Shown: piece after piece, positions 40,009-50,412 of the stretch
Layout: the number at the start of each line of letters is the position of its first letter
Numbering within the stretch: the stretch's first letter is position 1
IMG/VR virus record: IMGVR_UViG_3300033066_001786
Location: 49,119 to 113,118 of that record
Strand: one strand, 5' to 3'
From: a virus
Lineage: Duplodnaviria > Caudoviricetes
Length of the DNA: 64,000 nucleotides
The notes under the pieces: model-generated
Told to the model about the DNA's origin: nothing
What the model saw: the letters and a program-made list of their open reading frames with translations, nothing else
The model's database searches: none
Program-made: the position numbers and the translations under genes

Positions 40009-40278
40009 ATGGAAAATCCTAATTCAAAAACCTATTCCTCTGAAGATGTACGTCGACTAAAAGAGATAGTTAACGAAGGTATGGCTGTTCTCCAAGAAAT
40101 CGAAACCTTAAACGAAGGTTTAAGAGAAACAGTTAAATCAGTAGCAGAAGAAGTCGGAATTAAACCTGCACAATTATCAAAAGCAATTCGCATTGCACAC
40201 AAAGCTTCACTTGGCGACGAAAGAGAAAAATTCGACCAAATTGAAGAAATTTTAGAAATCGTAGGTAAAGCTGTATGA
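40009..40278 (+). CDS. Small dsDNA-binding protein (T4 DsbA/GapR-like)
   Basis: Helical; L.E...EG...L.E....K..AEE..IKP..L.KAIR pattern. Confidence 0.6.
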   Translation: MENPNSKTYSSEDVRRLKEIVNEGMAVLQEIETLNEGLRETVKSVAEEVGIKPAQLSKAIRIAHKASLGDEREKFDQIEEILEIVGKAV

Positions 40279-40652
40279 ACAAGCTTAATTATAAAAATGA
40301 TCTAACAACTAAGTTTTTAGATGAAACAGGTACAGTGTTAAAAGAGGGATCGTCAGTGTACGATTTGCTCTTAGCATCAGATGTTCCGTCTTCTATAAAA
40401 AACGAATTGCTTTGTTTTTTATCTGGTGTAGAATCTGCAATAATTGGAATGGTAACTACTGATCACTATGCTACTGTTGCAGCGATCAGTAATAATTCTG
40501 ATCGATTTCAAAAAGGTAGTAATAAAGTAGTAGAAATATTTCAAGAATATTGTGCATATATTCCAGTGGAAAATTATATTACTATTACCGGAAAAGAATT
40601 CAACGGAAGTAAAATGAATGGCGGTTTAGATACTTATACAGGTGACGAATGA
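40275..40652 (+). CDS. Hypothetical protein
   Basis: ATGA-coupled. Confidence 0.6.
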   Translation: MNKLNYKNDLTTKFLDETGTVLKEGSSVYDLLLASDVPSSIKNELLCFLSGVESAIIGMVTTDHYATVAAISNNSDRFQKGSNKVVEIFQEYCAYIPVENYITITGKEFNGSKMNGGLDTYTGDE

Positions 40653-41257
40653 GCAAAGATTTAATTCTTAAAAGTACAAAAGCATTTCACAAATTACCCG
40701 TTGCACATATGCAATGGTTTGATACTGATGCAAGCGGAGAACCATGTACAGGGCCTTGTGCAAAATGGCACGGTTATGACCGATCTGTTATTTTTGAATT
40801 CTGCGGTACACCTGACGAACACGGTTGGATTGTTCCTTTTGGTAATCTGAAAGATGTTAGAAAATTCGTCGAATATTATTTTGATCATACTGCTGTTGCA
40901 CCTGCTGATGACCCACGTATGAAAGACATTTTAGAAGCAGATGCAAAAGGCTTGGTAGATTTACGTGTTCTACCTTACGGCGTTTCGATGGAAATGAGTT
41001 CATTGTTTATATGGGAACAAGTAAACCCATATATCCAAAAAGTTACAAACGGCAGATGCTGGGTATCTAGAGTTGAATGTCGGGAACACGATTCTAATAG
41101 TGCATTCTTAGAAATACCAGAACATTTAGGCAGAAAAAAGATTGTATTAAACGAAAGCGAAATGTTACAAATGCGCAAAATATGGCCAGTTTGCTCGCCC
41201 GCAGACGTACTACACAAATACAGTGTAATATCTTTATTCCCGGATAAAAAATTATGA
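40649..41257 (+). CDS. queD: 6-carboxytetrahydropterin synthase (QueD/PTPS family)
   Basis: AH.QW, C..WHGY, FDH, SME, VECRE. Confidence 0.88.
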   Translation: MSKDLILKSTKAFHKLPVAHMQWFDTDASGEPCTGPCAKWHGYDRSVIFEFCGTPDEHGWIVPFGNLKDVRKFVEYYFDHTAVAPADDPRMKDILEADAKGLVDLRVLPYGVSMEMSSLFIWEQVNPYIQKVTNGRCWVSRVECREHDSNSAFLEIPEHLGRKKIVLNESEMLQMRKIWPVCSPADVLHKYSVISLFPDKKL

Positions 41258-41487
41258 TGCTTCTGGAAATATTCGAAGCAACAGGTACTTTCTTTGGTAT
41301 ATTAGGTTGTATTATTTTAAATATTTTATCTGCAAATCCGCCTATTTTGTTAATAAACAGTTTGTATATTATTAGTTCTATATTGCTTGCATATACTTCT
41401 TATAAGAGAAATGCAAAATCAATTATGTGGTTGATGATATTCTACGGTGTAATGGGCATGTACGGCATACATAACCTTGGAGGTTAA
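41254..41487 (+). CDS. Small membrane protein
   Basis: Three hydrophobic segments. Confidence 0.6.
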   Translation: MMLLEIFEATGTFFGILGCIILNILSANPPILLINSLYIISSILLAYTSYKRNAKSIMWLMIFYGVMGMYGIHNLGG

Positions 41488-41488
41488 T

Positions 41489-41917
41489 ATGGATAATTTT
41501 TATATTGCAAGAGAACAACAAAAAACAATATTTCATAATTTGAAAACACTTTATGTGAAAGGTGTTGATTTCGATCCAAACGAAATTAGAAGTTTAGCAC
41601 ATGTTAATAATTGTGAGCACGTATATTTAGGTGCAGATCGTTCTCTTGCAACTTCCGAATATATGCATTATTTCCAATTTCTAGAAGATACTATCGAGTA
41701 TTTAATCAGAAACAAAAATTGTGTCTCCCTTGAGATTCCGCATAAATACTATGCAAAATTTTTAGAAAACTCAAAACACACTGATAATGATTTTTTCAAC
41801 TTAGTATTAACTGTTGAAGTTAACGATATACCTAGAACTAAAAATGTAACATTTGGAATTGTAGCAGGCAACAATGTTGTTCATTCTGTATCTTTCCAAG
41901 AAGGAAAAAATATATGA
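41489..41917 (+). CDS. Hypothetical protein, paralogue of 41914
   Basis: TL.V.G, NCEHVYLGA..S shared. Confidence 0.7.
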   Translation: MDNFYIAREQQKTIFHNLKTLYVKGVDFDPNEIRSLAHVNNCEHVYLGADRSLATSEYMHYFQFLEDTIEYLIRNKNCVSLEIPHKYYAKFLENSKHTDNDFFNLVLTVEVNDIPRTKNVTFGIVAGNNVVHSVSFQEGKNI

Positions 41918-42456
41918 AACGGGATTACACTACTGGCGAAAAACAAGATATTATATTTTTCGTCGGAAAGGAAATCGAACCTTCCTCTTTTTATATGATG
42001 CAGACATTGTTTGTAGTTGGGTTACAGTCTACAGATAAAATAGTAGAACTGGCTAAATTACATAATTGCGAACATGTATATCTAGGTGCAAATAAATCTA
42101 ATATTTTACAATTACTAAATACTGGTCTCTTAGATACTGCTATTAAGGATTTAGAAGAACAAGTTGGCAAATTAATAGATAATAATCTAAAAGTGACAAT
42201 TGATACATCTCATAGTAATTATGGAACATTTTTAAATTATTTTAAATATATTGATTCTGAGAACTTTAATTTAATGTTATCAGTTGAAATGCCAAATATT
42301 AAGAAATTTAAAAATGTATCTGTTAAAATAGATGACACCGGATTCAAAGAAACAAACGACAATATAGTAGTTTATAGTTTTAAAGATGGCATTCAAAAAA
42401 TGTCAAAAGTAGTAAGCTGGGACGAATACAGTCAGGATTTAATTATAAAGGAATAA
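41914..42456 (+). CDS. Hypothetical protein in 7-deazaguanine gene neighbourhood
   Basis: FFVGKEIE, TLFVVG, HVYLGANKS, KIDD..F..TN, W..Y..D. Confidence 0.7.
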   Translation: MKRDYTTGEKQDIIFFVGKEIEPSSFYMMQTLFVVGLQSTDKIVELAKLHNCEHVYLGANKSNILQLLNTGLLDTAIKDLEEQVGKLIDNNLKVTIDTSHSNYGTFLNYFKYIDSENFNLMLSVEMPNIKKFKNVSVKIDDTGFKETNDNIVVYSFKDGIQKMSKVVSWDEYSQDLIIKE

Positions 42457-42457
42457 C

Positions 42458-45379
42458 ATGTACATTGATGCACTATATGATAGAGAAAAAGAAATAATAA
42501 AAGTAGTAGAAAGAGTTAACGGAAAAAGAAATTATATAAATTACCCAGTAGATCATCATTTCTATGTAGACGATCCTAGAGGAACACACAGGACAATATA
42601 CAATACGCCCGTTGCAAAAATAACACCGAAAACTGCAATGGAAAAAAATAAATTAATAAAAATGAATAACGGCAAAACTTGGGAATCAGACATTAACCCA
42701 GTTTTACGTTGCCTAGAACAAAATTATAAAGATTCGCCTTTACCTAATCCCCAAGTTGCATTTTTCGACATAGAAGTTGACTTTGACCCTGTAATAGGGT
42801 ATTCGTCTGCACAAGAAGCAGCTAATCCTATCACGGCAATTGCAGTTCATTTGCAATGGCTAAATCAAACTGTGTGTTTAGCTATACCTCCTAAGACAAT
42901 CACAATGGAAGAAGCAGAAGAAGCAGCTAAACGTGTGGGCAATGTTCTTCTGTTTGAATGCGAAGGAGAATTACTGCAAACGTTTCTAACGTTGATTGAA
43001 GATGCAGATATTTTAAGTGGGTGGAACAGCGACTTTTTCGATATAGTTTACACAACAAATAGAATAATTAGATTGTACGACGAAAACGAAACCAGAAAAC
43101 TTTGTCTGTGGAATTTAAAACCTAAAAAGAAAGAAATTGAACGCGGCGGAGAAGTAACAATATCGTATGAGTTGTTAGGCCGTATTCATTTAGATTACAT
43201 GGATTTATATAAAAAATATAGATTAGAAGAAAGACAAAGCTATTCACTCGATAACATATCGTCTATTGAATTAGGAGATAGCAAAGTACCATATGAAGGT
43301 ACACTTGATCATTTATATAAATATGACTTTGAAAAGTTTTTAAGATATAACATACAAGATACAGAGCTTTTAGGAAGATTAGACGACAAGTTAAGATATA
43401 TATCTCTTGCAAATTCTGTTGCACATACCGCACCTGTTAGAATACAAGATACTATGGGCACAGTAACAACAACTGAAACATCCATTGTTGTACAAGCACA
43501 TGCCGAAGGATTAATCGTGCCGGATAAAAAACGTGGCGAGCACGGTAAAAAAGCTGCAGGCGGGTGGGTATCAGAACCCAAAACAGGTCTTAAAAAGTGG
43601 ATAGGGGTATCAGATATAAATTCTCTGTATCCGTCTACTATACGTGCATTAAATATGTCACCTGAAACGATAATCGGTCAAATCAGAACAGACGAAACAG
43701 ATAGTGCAATTGAAAATTTTATAGCTGCATCTAAGAAGAATTCGTTTGCACTATGGTGGAACGATAGATTCTCAACATTAGAAATGGAAAATTATTTTTC
43801 AGATAACATTTCTAACAAACTAATACTAGATATGGAAGACGGTAAATCTTATACGGTTACGGGTGCAGATTTAAGAGCATTAATATTAGAATCTGGTAAA
43901 CCTTGGGCAATATCTGCAAATGGTACAATATTTAGTTTTGAGAAAGAAGGTATTATCCCTAAACTTTTAGCTACGTGGTATTTCGGAAGAAAGATCATGC
44001 AAGCATACGAGGGCGGGTACGAATATCTAATTGACACAAACGGAATAGAACTTCCATCTAATTTAAAAGGTAAAATATCTAAATTGGATATCCCTTGTAC
44101 TGCAGATGGCAAAAATGAAAAAACATGTTTCGATAAAAAACAGTTAGAAACTTTATTTAACGATGTTGTGGCGACAACTGAATATTTAAAGTTACACGGT
44201 TTAACTGTAGTAAACGATAAGATTGTTGCGATTGATCAGAAATTAAATCGAGAATACATAGGGTACTGGAATCAACAGCAACAAACGCGGAAAATTTTGT
44301 TAAATGCTTTATATGGTGGTTTGTTGAACGAGCACCACCGATTCTACGATCAACGATTAGGCCAAAGCACTACGTTAACAGGTAGATGTATTACTAGGCA
44401 TATGGTTTCTAAAACAAACGAATTAATCACAGGCGAATACGACCATTATGGTAGTGCAGCAATATATTCGGATACGGATTCAAGTTTCTTTACTGCATAC
44501 GAACAGTTAAAACCGCAAATCGAAAGCGGAGAAATAGAATGGACAAAAGAATCCGTTATTAAACTGTATGACGAAATTGCAAACCTTGCATGTGATTCTT
44601 TCCCTGCGTTTTTAAATAGTACATTTAATGTACCTTTGGAAAAAGGCGCAATTATAAAATCATCTAGGGAGGTTGTTGCTACAACCGGTATATTCATTAA
44701 GAAGAAAAGATATGCTCTTATGGTGTATGACAAGGAAGGAAAACGTCAAGACGTTAAAGGTTTACCCGGTAAACACAAAGTAACTGGTTTAGATTTAAAG
44801 CGTTCTGACACGCCTAAACGTGTACAAGCATTCTTGTCGGGCATATTAAACGATGTGCTTACAGACGTAGCACAGGACGATATAATAGCCAAAATAAGAG
44901 ACTTCAAGGAAGAATATTATAATTTAGATCCTTGGTTGATGGGTGTGCCAAAATCTGTAAACGGGTTATCATCGTACAAACTTAAATTAGAAGCATATAT
45001 GGCCGATAAGATGAAATATAGTAACGTTGCAAAACCAACTATACCGGGCCATGTAAACGGTTCTTTGAATTGGAACCATATGGTTGAAATCAACAACGAT
45101 CGACATACGACTAAGGTATTAAACGGTTCAAAGATTGTAGTTTGCCAACTTAAAGAAACCGACACAAATAAAATGTCAAGTATTGCATATCCGACAGATG
45201 AAAAACACTTGCCTGATTGGTTTACAAGTTTACCCTTCGATAAAGATATAATGCTTGAATCTGTAGTCGATGGCAAAATACAAAATTTACTCGGTGTATT
45301 AAAATGGGATCTGTCAAGGACAGATAAAAAAGCAGTATTGAGAGAAAGTTTATTTGATTTTTCAAAGATAAACGTTTGA
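42458..45379 (+). CDS. Family B DNA polymerase
   Basis: FDIEVD, GWNS.FFD, YNIQD, DINSLYPS, K..LN.LYG, YSDTDS, KKRYA. Confidence 0.96.
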   Translation: MYIDALYDREKEIIKVVERVNGKRNYINYPVDHHFYVDDPRGTHRTIYNTPVAKITPKTAMEKNKLIKMNNGKTWESDINPVLRCLEQNYKDSPLPNPQVAFFDIEVDFDPVIGYSSAQEAANPITAIAVHLQWLNQTVCLAIPPKTITMEEAEEAAKRVGNVLLFECEGELLQTFLTLIEDADILSGWNSDFFDIVYTTNRIIRLYDENETRKLCLWNLKPKKKEIERGGEVTISYELLGRIHLDYMDLYKKYRLEERQSYSLDNISSIELGDSKVPYEGTLDHLYKYDFEKFLRYNIQDTELLGRLDDKLRYISLANSVAHTAPVRIQDTMGTVTTTETSIVVQAHAEGLIVPDKKRGEHGKKAAGGWVSEPKTGLKKWIGVSDINSLYPSTIRALNMSPETIIGQIRTDETDSAIENFIAASKKNSFALWWNDRFSTLEMENYFSDNISNKLILDMEDGKSYTVTGADLRALILESGKPWAISANGTIFSFEKEGIIPKLLATWYFGRKIMQAYEGGYEYLIDTNGIELPSNLKGKISKLDIPCTADGKNEKTCFDKKQLETLFNDVVATTEYLKLHGLTVVNDKIVAIDQKLNREYIGYWNQQQQTRKILLNALYGGLLNEHHRFYDQRLGQSTTLTGRCITRHMVSKTNELITGEYDHYGSAAIYSDTDSSFFTAYEQLKPQIESGEIEWTKESVIKLYDEIANLACDSFPAFLNSTFNVPLEKGAIIKSSREVVATTGIFIKKKRYALMVYDKEGKRQDVKGLPGKHKVTGLDLKRSDTPKRVQAFLSGILNDVLTDVAQDDIIAKIRDFKEEYYNLDPWLMGVPKSVNGLSSYKLKLEAYMADKMKYSNVAKPTIPGHVNGSLNWNHMVEINNDRHTTKVLNGSKIVVCQLKETDTNKMSSIAYPTDEKHLPDWFTSLPFDKDIMLESVVDGKIQNLLGVLKWDLSRTDKKAVLRESLFDFSKINV

Positions 45380-45432
45380 AAACTATAATTTATTAGTATA
45401 TAATTATCTACATAAAAATAAGGAGTTACAAG

Positions 45433-46173
45433 GTGTTATACGACAATTTAAAAGATATTTTAAAGCACACAAGGGGATTCTTCGAATCTGTAAAAATTAG
45501 TAATGTTGAAGGTTCTACTTTAGTAGAAGCTATCAACGAAAAGAAAACAGTAGTGTTGAGTTCAAAGCTTGTTAATACAATTACTGAAATCGAAGGCTGC
45601 ATCGGTTTTACAAGAATGGATATTATTAATGGCTTATTAAACTTTCCTGCTTTTACAGAAAAGACAGCTAAGATTGAATTTGTAAAAGAAGAAAAAGGCG
45701 GCGAAACTGTAATGTCGGAAATTAATTTCGACTCAGGTGTAGGTCATAATGCAGTATATCGTTTCATGCCAAATAAAATTGCAGAAAGACAAATTCAAGT
45801 GCCGCCATTTAAAGGTGTTACATGGGATGTTATTGTTGAGCCGACTAAAAAGAACTTATCAGATTTGTCATATTTTTATGGAATCTTAGGTGCGATCGAA
45901 AGTGATTTTGCCGTAAGTGCAAAAAATGGCAAATTAGATTTTAAAATTGGAGGCTTAGGTGCAGATAGATCAGTTGTGCCTATTGCAACCGGTATCACTG
46001 GTTCTTTGAGCTCCGAATGGTCGTGGCCGTTTAAAGATGTAATTGATATTTTAAAACTTGGCGAAACATCAAGTAGCAAACTGTATATTTCAAATCAGGG
46101 TGCTTTGAAAATCGAAATCAATTCCGGTTTAGGTGTATACGAATATATTTTACCTGCATCGTCTAGGAAGTAA
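45433..46173 (+). CDS. Probable sliding clamp (gp45-like)
   Basis: 246 aa directly after polB, C-terminal YEYILPA; inferred from size, position and pattern. Confidence 0.65.
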   Translation: MLYDNLKDILKHTRGFFESVKISNVEGSTLVEAINEKKTVVLSSKLVNTITEIEGCIGFTRMDIINGLLNFPAFTEKTAKIEFVKEEKGGETVMSEINFDSGVGHNAVYRFMPNKIAERQIQVPPFKGVTWDVIVEPTKKNLSDLSYFYGILGAIESDFAVSAKNGKLDFKIGGLGADRSVVPIATGITGSLSSEWSWPFKDVIDILKLGETSSSKLYISNQGALKIEINSGLGVYEYILPASSRK

Positions 46174-46174
46174 G

Positions 46175-47695
46175 ATGAGAGATCTGAGCGGACTAAATCA
46201 AAAGAATGATTGGGCAACTTTTTTGCCTGCCATTTCAAGTTTCTATACTTCTACACTTGGTAGACAAAAAATAAATAGCAATTATCATGCACAAAGTAGA
46301 ATACCTTCTGGTTTTGAGAACGGGTTAGAAGGTATGAATTTCTTCAACGAAGACAAAGGATACTTTTATTACGATTCCGCTCTGTATTCTGCAGGACATG
46401 CTGTATTAGACTTAAATAAAAATCAAGATTTAGATTATATGATTTATAGTAGGTCTAAAGGAAAAACTGCATTAGTAGGCGATTCCGGTGGGTTCCAAAT
46501 AGGTAAAGGTGTAATTAAGTTCGATTGGGAAAACTTCTTCGAAAAGAAAGGCGATGCAAATTACAAAGGCAAAGCAGATCAGACGCGCCTTAGTATTCTT
46601 AGATGGCTCGAAGCTACAGCAGATTGGTCAATGACGCTCGATGTTCCTGGTTGGGCATGCGAAGGTAAGAATAGGGAAATGACAGGTTTAAACTCATTTG
46701 ACGAATGTATGAAAGCTACAATACACAACAATGAGTTTTTCGAAAACAATCGTGTGCCTGGCAAAACTAAATTTTTAAATGTTTTGCAAGGTTCAAATGA
46801 CGAAAATGCAGACATCTGGTACGAGGCTGTAAAAAATCATAATTTTGAAGGCTGGGCACTTGGTGGCGCGCATACTACTGATTTAGCTTTTGCACTCCGC
46901 AGAATTATTATTATGCGCGACGAAGGCATGTTCGAAGGTAAAGATTGGCTGCACACATTAGGGACAAGTAAGTTAGACTGGGCATGTGGGTTAACTTCAA
47001 TTCAACGACAAATTAAAAAGATTAATCCAAATTTTAGATTAAGTTTTGATTGTGCTTCTCCTTTTATCGCAACGGCAAAAGGGTTAATTTATTACATGAA
47101 TTCTTTTGAAAATAAAAGATTTAGTTATTTAATGTGCCCTTTTGTAGATGATAAATCTTTCAAAGGTTCGATTACACCTCTGCCTTTTGATAGTGAAATT
47201 GCAAAACGTTTAAATATGGGCGACATTTGCACGTATGGCCCAACTGATACTAATAGATTAGGAAAAGTAGGAAAGAGTAGTTGGGATACACTATCTTATG
47301 CAATGATGATGTCGCACAATACATATATGCATATTAGAGCTGTTCAAAATGCCAATGCATTAATGGACATTGAATCTAAAAAATTAGGCGTCGATTATCG
47401 CGACTGGAAAAGAACTAAAAGAAACGACAAGTCAGGCGAGATTTCAGAATTTGTCCCACAGAAAGTTTTATACTTTAATTCTTTTGTTGAAGAACTTTTT
47501 GCATCCGATAAGCCCATGTCAATGTTAAACGATGCTAAACTTTTGTTAAAAGAATTTAGTAGCGATAAACGATCCACAAATCAGATTTTCGGAAATTTGT
47601 TTTCCGAAGAAGCAACTGGCATAATTGAAGATTCTGGTTTTGACGAAAACGACACTGCATTAGATGATATGGAACGAGATATTATTAATGGGTGA
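46175..47695 (+). CDS. TGT-fold guanine transglycosylase (DpdA-like)
   Basis: GDSGGFQ, MTLDVP, NVLQG, GWALGG, HTLG, SFDCASP. Confidence 0.8.
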   Translation: MRDLSGLNQKNDWATFLPAISSFYTSTLGRQKINSNYHAQSRIPSGFENGLEGMNFFNEDKGYFYYDSALYSAGHAVLDLNKNQDLDYMIYSRSKGKTALVGDSGGFQIGKGVIKFDWENFFEKKGDANYKGKADQTRLSILRWLEATADWSMTLDVPGWACEGKNREMTGLNSFDECMKATIHNNEFFENNRVPGKTKFLNVLQGSNDENADIWYEAVKNHNFEGWALGGAHTTDLAFALRRIIIMRDEGMFEGKDWLHTLGTSKLDWACGLTSIQRQIKKINPNFRLSFDCASPFIATAKGLIYYMNSFENKRFSYLMCPFVDDKSFKGSITPLPFDSEIAKRLNMGDICTYGPTDTNRLGKVGKSSWDTLSYAMMMSHNTYMHIRAVQNANALMDIESKKLGVDYRDWKRTKRNDKSGEISEFVPQKVLYFNSFVEELFASDKPMSMLNDAKLLLKEFSSDKRSTNQIFGNLFSEEATGIIEDSGFDENDTALDDMERDIING

Positions 47696-47840
47696 GTTAA
47701 TATTAGATACGTTAGATGCTATAATAGACATGCAGCAACAATTAATTTATGCTGCAAAATTATCTGGTGCAGATTTTGATTTTATTAAAGCATTAGAAGA
47801 AGGCTTGTTATTATACTTAGAGGCAAGAGATCAAAAATGA
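47688..47840 (+). CDS. Small hypothetical protein (not in ORF track)
   Basis: 50 aa MGELILDTLD..., fills the gap, ATGA-coupled to next gene. Confidence 0.55.
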   Translation: MGELILDTLDAIIDMQQQLIYAAKLSGADFDFIKALEEGLLLYLEARDQK

Positions 47841-48157
47841 ACATAGCATTAGATTTCGACGATACCATTACTGCAGATCCTATATTCTGGGCCCAATTTA
47901 TAGAGCTCTCAAAAAAGCACGGTCATGAAATTACAGTAGTAACTATCAGATTTGATAACAAAACATTAAATCGGGAAATGATAAATTTCTGTTGTGACAA
48001 CGATGTTCAGTACCTATGTACAGCAGGTAAACAGAAATCGCATTGTTTTAAAGCAGATATTTGGATAGACGATATGCCACTTACAATACCAAGTTATAGT
48101 GCGTTAAAAAGTATGTCTATTGGTTGCGAAAATAACGGCGACACCGAAGCTAAATAA
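47837..48157 (+). CDS. Minimal HAD-family hydrolase
   Basis: IALDFDDT, VT.R, K, WIDD. Confidence 0.8.
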   Translation: MNIALDFDDTITADPIFWAQFIELSKKHGHEITVVTIRFDNKTLNREMINFCCDNDVQYLCTAGKQKSHCFKADIWIDDMPLTIPSYSALKSMSIGCENNGDTEAK

Positions 48158-48511
48158 ATGTCTACTCCTTTTCATTATAATTTGCCAGATTCTGCTTTTT
48201 GGTATTTTCATTCAGGTGACCCTAATACAAAATTACAGAAGAAATACGCATATTTTCCTAAGAAGTTATCGTGTGGCAACTGGGTAATATTCGAAGTGTT
48301 TTATTTTTTAAAGAATATATATTATTTCAGTGATAAAGTTACAGGAGTAGAATGCAATATAACATTATCAGAAAAAGAGATGATGATGTTGCGGCTGCAA
48401 GGGTATAAGAATCAAGCAGTAGTGCATTGTTGCAATGATGCAGATTTAGATATTAATCGTGCATTTAATATTAAATCAAACTACATATTAACTAGATATA
48501 TAGGGGAATAA
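48158..48511 (+). CDS. Hypothetical protein
   Basis: YAYFP, SEKEMMMLRLQG. Confidence 0.6.
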   Translation: MSTPFHYNLPDSAFWYFHSGDPNTKLQKKYAYFPKKLSCGNWVIFEVFYFLKNIYYFSDKVTGVECNITLSEKEMMMLRLQGYKNQAVVHCCNDADLDINRAFNIKSNYILTRYIGE

Positions 48512-48512
48512 T

Positions 48513-48896
48513 ATGACACGTATTAATGTTGTACCGGTTGAAACGTTGCATAATAAACATCTTGTTGCAGAATACAGGGAATTACCCAGAATATTTACGT
48601 CTGTTAAGAAGGATTTATTAAAAGGTAAAAGCCATGTTATTCCTGATAGATATGTTCTAGGTAAAGGACATATGAAGTTTTTCTATAACAAATTGTCATA
48701 CCTGTCTAAGAGACAAGAATCTCTAATAAACGAAATGAAACGTAGAGGCTACAATCCGAATTTTACAGATGTGAGTTCTTTACTTTGCGGTATACCCGAA
48801 GAGTACATGGGCGATTATTACCCTACAGAAGAAGCAATTATGTTAAACAAAGAAAGAATTGATCTAAGATTAAAGGGCATGGAAAATGGAAAATAA
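48513..48896 (+). CDS. denV: Pyrimidine-dimer DNA glycosylase (T4 endonuclease V)
   Basis: MTRIN, HL.AEYRELPR, LG.GH..FF, EM..RG. Confidence 0.95.
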   Translation: MTRINVVPVETLHNKHLVAEYRELPRIFTSVKKDLLKGKSHVIPDRYVLGKGHMKFFYNKLSYLSKRQESLINEMKRRGYNPNFTDVSSLLCGIPEEYMGDYYPTEEAIMLNKERIDLRLKGMENGK

Positions 48897-49140
48897 TGAT
48901 GACTGCACGAACATATCAGATGACTACATAAACATAATGACTGCGGCACATGGTTCTTTTAATCCAGCATCGTGGTCAACGTTAACCTCTAAGGGCGAAT
49001 ATACTATTTTAGAACGTTTAACTAAAATAGAAGAAAGATTGTCAATAATTGTTCCAGATTTAGAAAAATTAGAAAAGCATAAAGTATTGCGCGAAGCATA
49101 CGAAAAGTATAAAATGTTAGAGAAACTACTTGGAGAATAA
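48886..49140 (+). CDS. Hypothetical protein
   Basis: IEERL.I..P...EK...L..AY..YK..E.L. Confidence 0.65.
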   Translation: MENNDDCTNISDDYINIMTAAHGSFNPASWSTLTSKGEYTILERLTKIEERLSIIVPDLEKLEKHKVLREAYEKYKMLEKLLGE

Positions 49141-49142
49141 TA

Positions 49143-49616
49143 ATGACAAATAAAATACACGTTGATTTCCACGATTTAGAATATTTACTTGAAAAAATAT
49201 GTGCAGAAATTGACAACGACGGATTTATGCCAGATAGAATTGTAGGTGTATCTCGCGGAGGCCTAATAGCGGGCACTATGCTTAGTCATTATTTCGATGT
49301 TCCCTTCACTGCACTACATTGGTCAACTAGAGATCATACTGAACGCGAAGCTAACCTCTGGTTACCAGAAGAAGCTTACAACGGACAACAGATTCTACTA
49401 GTAGATGATATTCTAGATAGCGGAAAGACAATAGAAGAGATATGCGATAATTGGGAAGAAGCAGTTGCTAGTTTTCCAGATGCATCGAAGATGTATGATA
49501 ACATAAGAATAGTAACATTACATAAAAGAAAATCCTGCACTACAGAAATTGATTATTACGCACTTGAAGTTGAAGACGAATGGGTTGTTTATCCTTGGGA
49601 GAAATGGTGGAAATGA
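49143..49616 (+). CDS. Purine phosphoribosyltransferase (Gpt-like)
   Basis: VSRGG, LLVDDILDSGKT, WVVYPWE. Confidence 0.9.
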   Translation: MTNKIHVDFHDLEYLLEKICAEIDNDGFMPDRIVGVSRGGLIAGTMLSHYFDVPFTALHWSTRDHTEREANLWLPEEAYNGQQILLVDDILDSGKTIEEICDNWEEAVASFPDASKMYDNIRIVTLHKRKSCTTEIDYYALEVEDEWVVYPWEKWWK

Positions 49617-49939
49617 TATACGAACTTGAAAATGAAAGCGATTTCGAAAAGTTTCTAGATGACAACGAAAATGTTTTAGTTGACTTTTATGCAGAATGGT
49701 GTAACCCATGTAGTGCGATGTCTACGATTTTACCTGATGTTGCCGAAAGTAGCCTATTCCGAGAAAAAGATATTAAGATATTAAAAGTAGACGTTGATAA
49801 GTTTGAAGGCATTTACAAAGGGTACAATGTAAGGTCTCTGCCCACTATTATGCTTTTTCAGACGGGATTAGCACTTGCAACTAAAACAGGTGTTCAGAAT
49901 AAAGATACTATTGTTTGGTTTGTTGAGGAGAATGTTTAA
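49613..49939 (+). CDS. trxA: Thioredoxin
   Basis: VDFYAEWCNPC, VRSLPT. Confidence 0.92.
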   Translation: MIYELENESDFEKFLDDNENVLVDFYAEWCNPCSAMSTILPDVAESSLFREKDIKILKVDVDKFEGIYKGYNVRSLPTIMLFQTGLALATKTGVQNKDTIVWFVEENV

Positions 49940-50412
49940 TGTCTAGTAATCCATATGAACTTCTGAAGTCATTAGCTGATAAAGATCCGTATGCAGCAAA
50001 ATCGACTACTAAAAGTTATACGACACCGTCGTGGGAAGATACTGTGTATGCATCTTGCGAAATTAAAATTAAGCCAGTAAATGAAAAAACTGAAATGTTA
50101 ATGGCTTTAAAAGATGACGGGATACGTGATAAATTGCCAAATTGTATTTCGGATCTAAAGTGTAGTTTGATTGATAGTAATCAAGCAATTGTTGAATTTA
50201 CGTTATTTATTCTGGACAACGATAAATTTTCAGATTGGGATAAATTTTTACGAGGAGATGACGGTTTTGTCATAGTGCAAGAATACGGCGAAACGCATAC
50301 AGACTCGTATTCTGTAAAATTTAAAAGTAGAGTTACAGGATTTTCATCCGAAGGGTATGAAAATATACCTTCGTATCGTTATACTTTCGAGGGAAAATAT
50401 TTAAATGGTTAA
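49939..50412 (+). CDS. Hypothetical protein
   Basis: TAATG-coupled. Confidence 0.6.
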   Translation: MSSNPYELLKSLADKDPYAAKSTTKSYTTPSWEDTVYASCEIKIKPVNEKTEMLMALKDDGIRDKLPNCISDLKCSLIDSNQAIVEFTLFILDNDKFSDWDKFLRGDDGFVIVQEYGETHTDSYSVKFKSRVTGFSSEGYENIPSYRYTFEGKYLNG

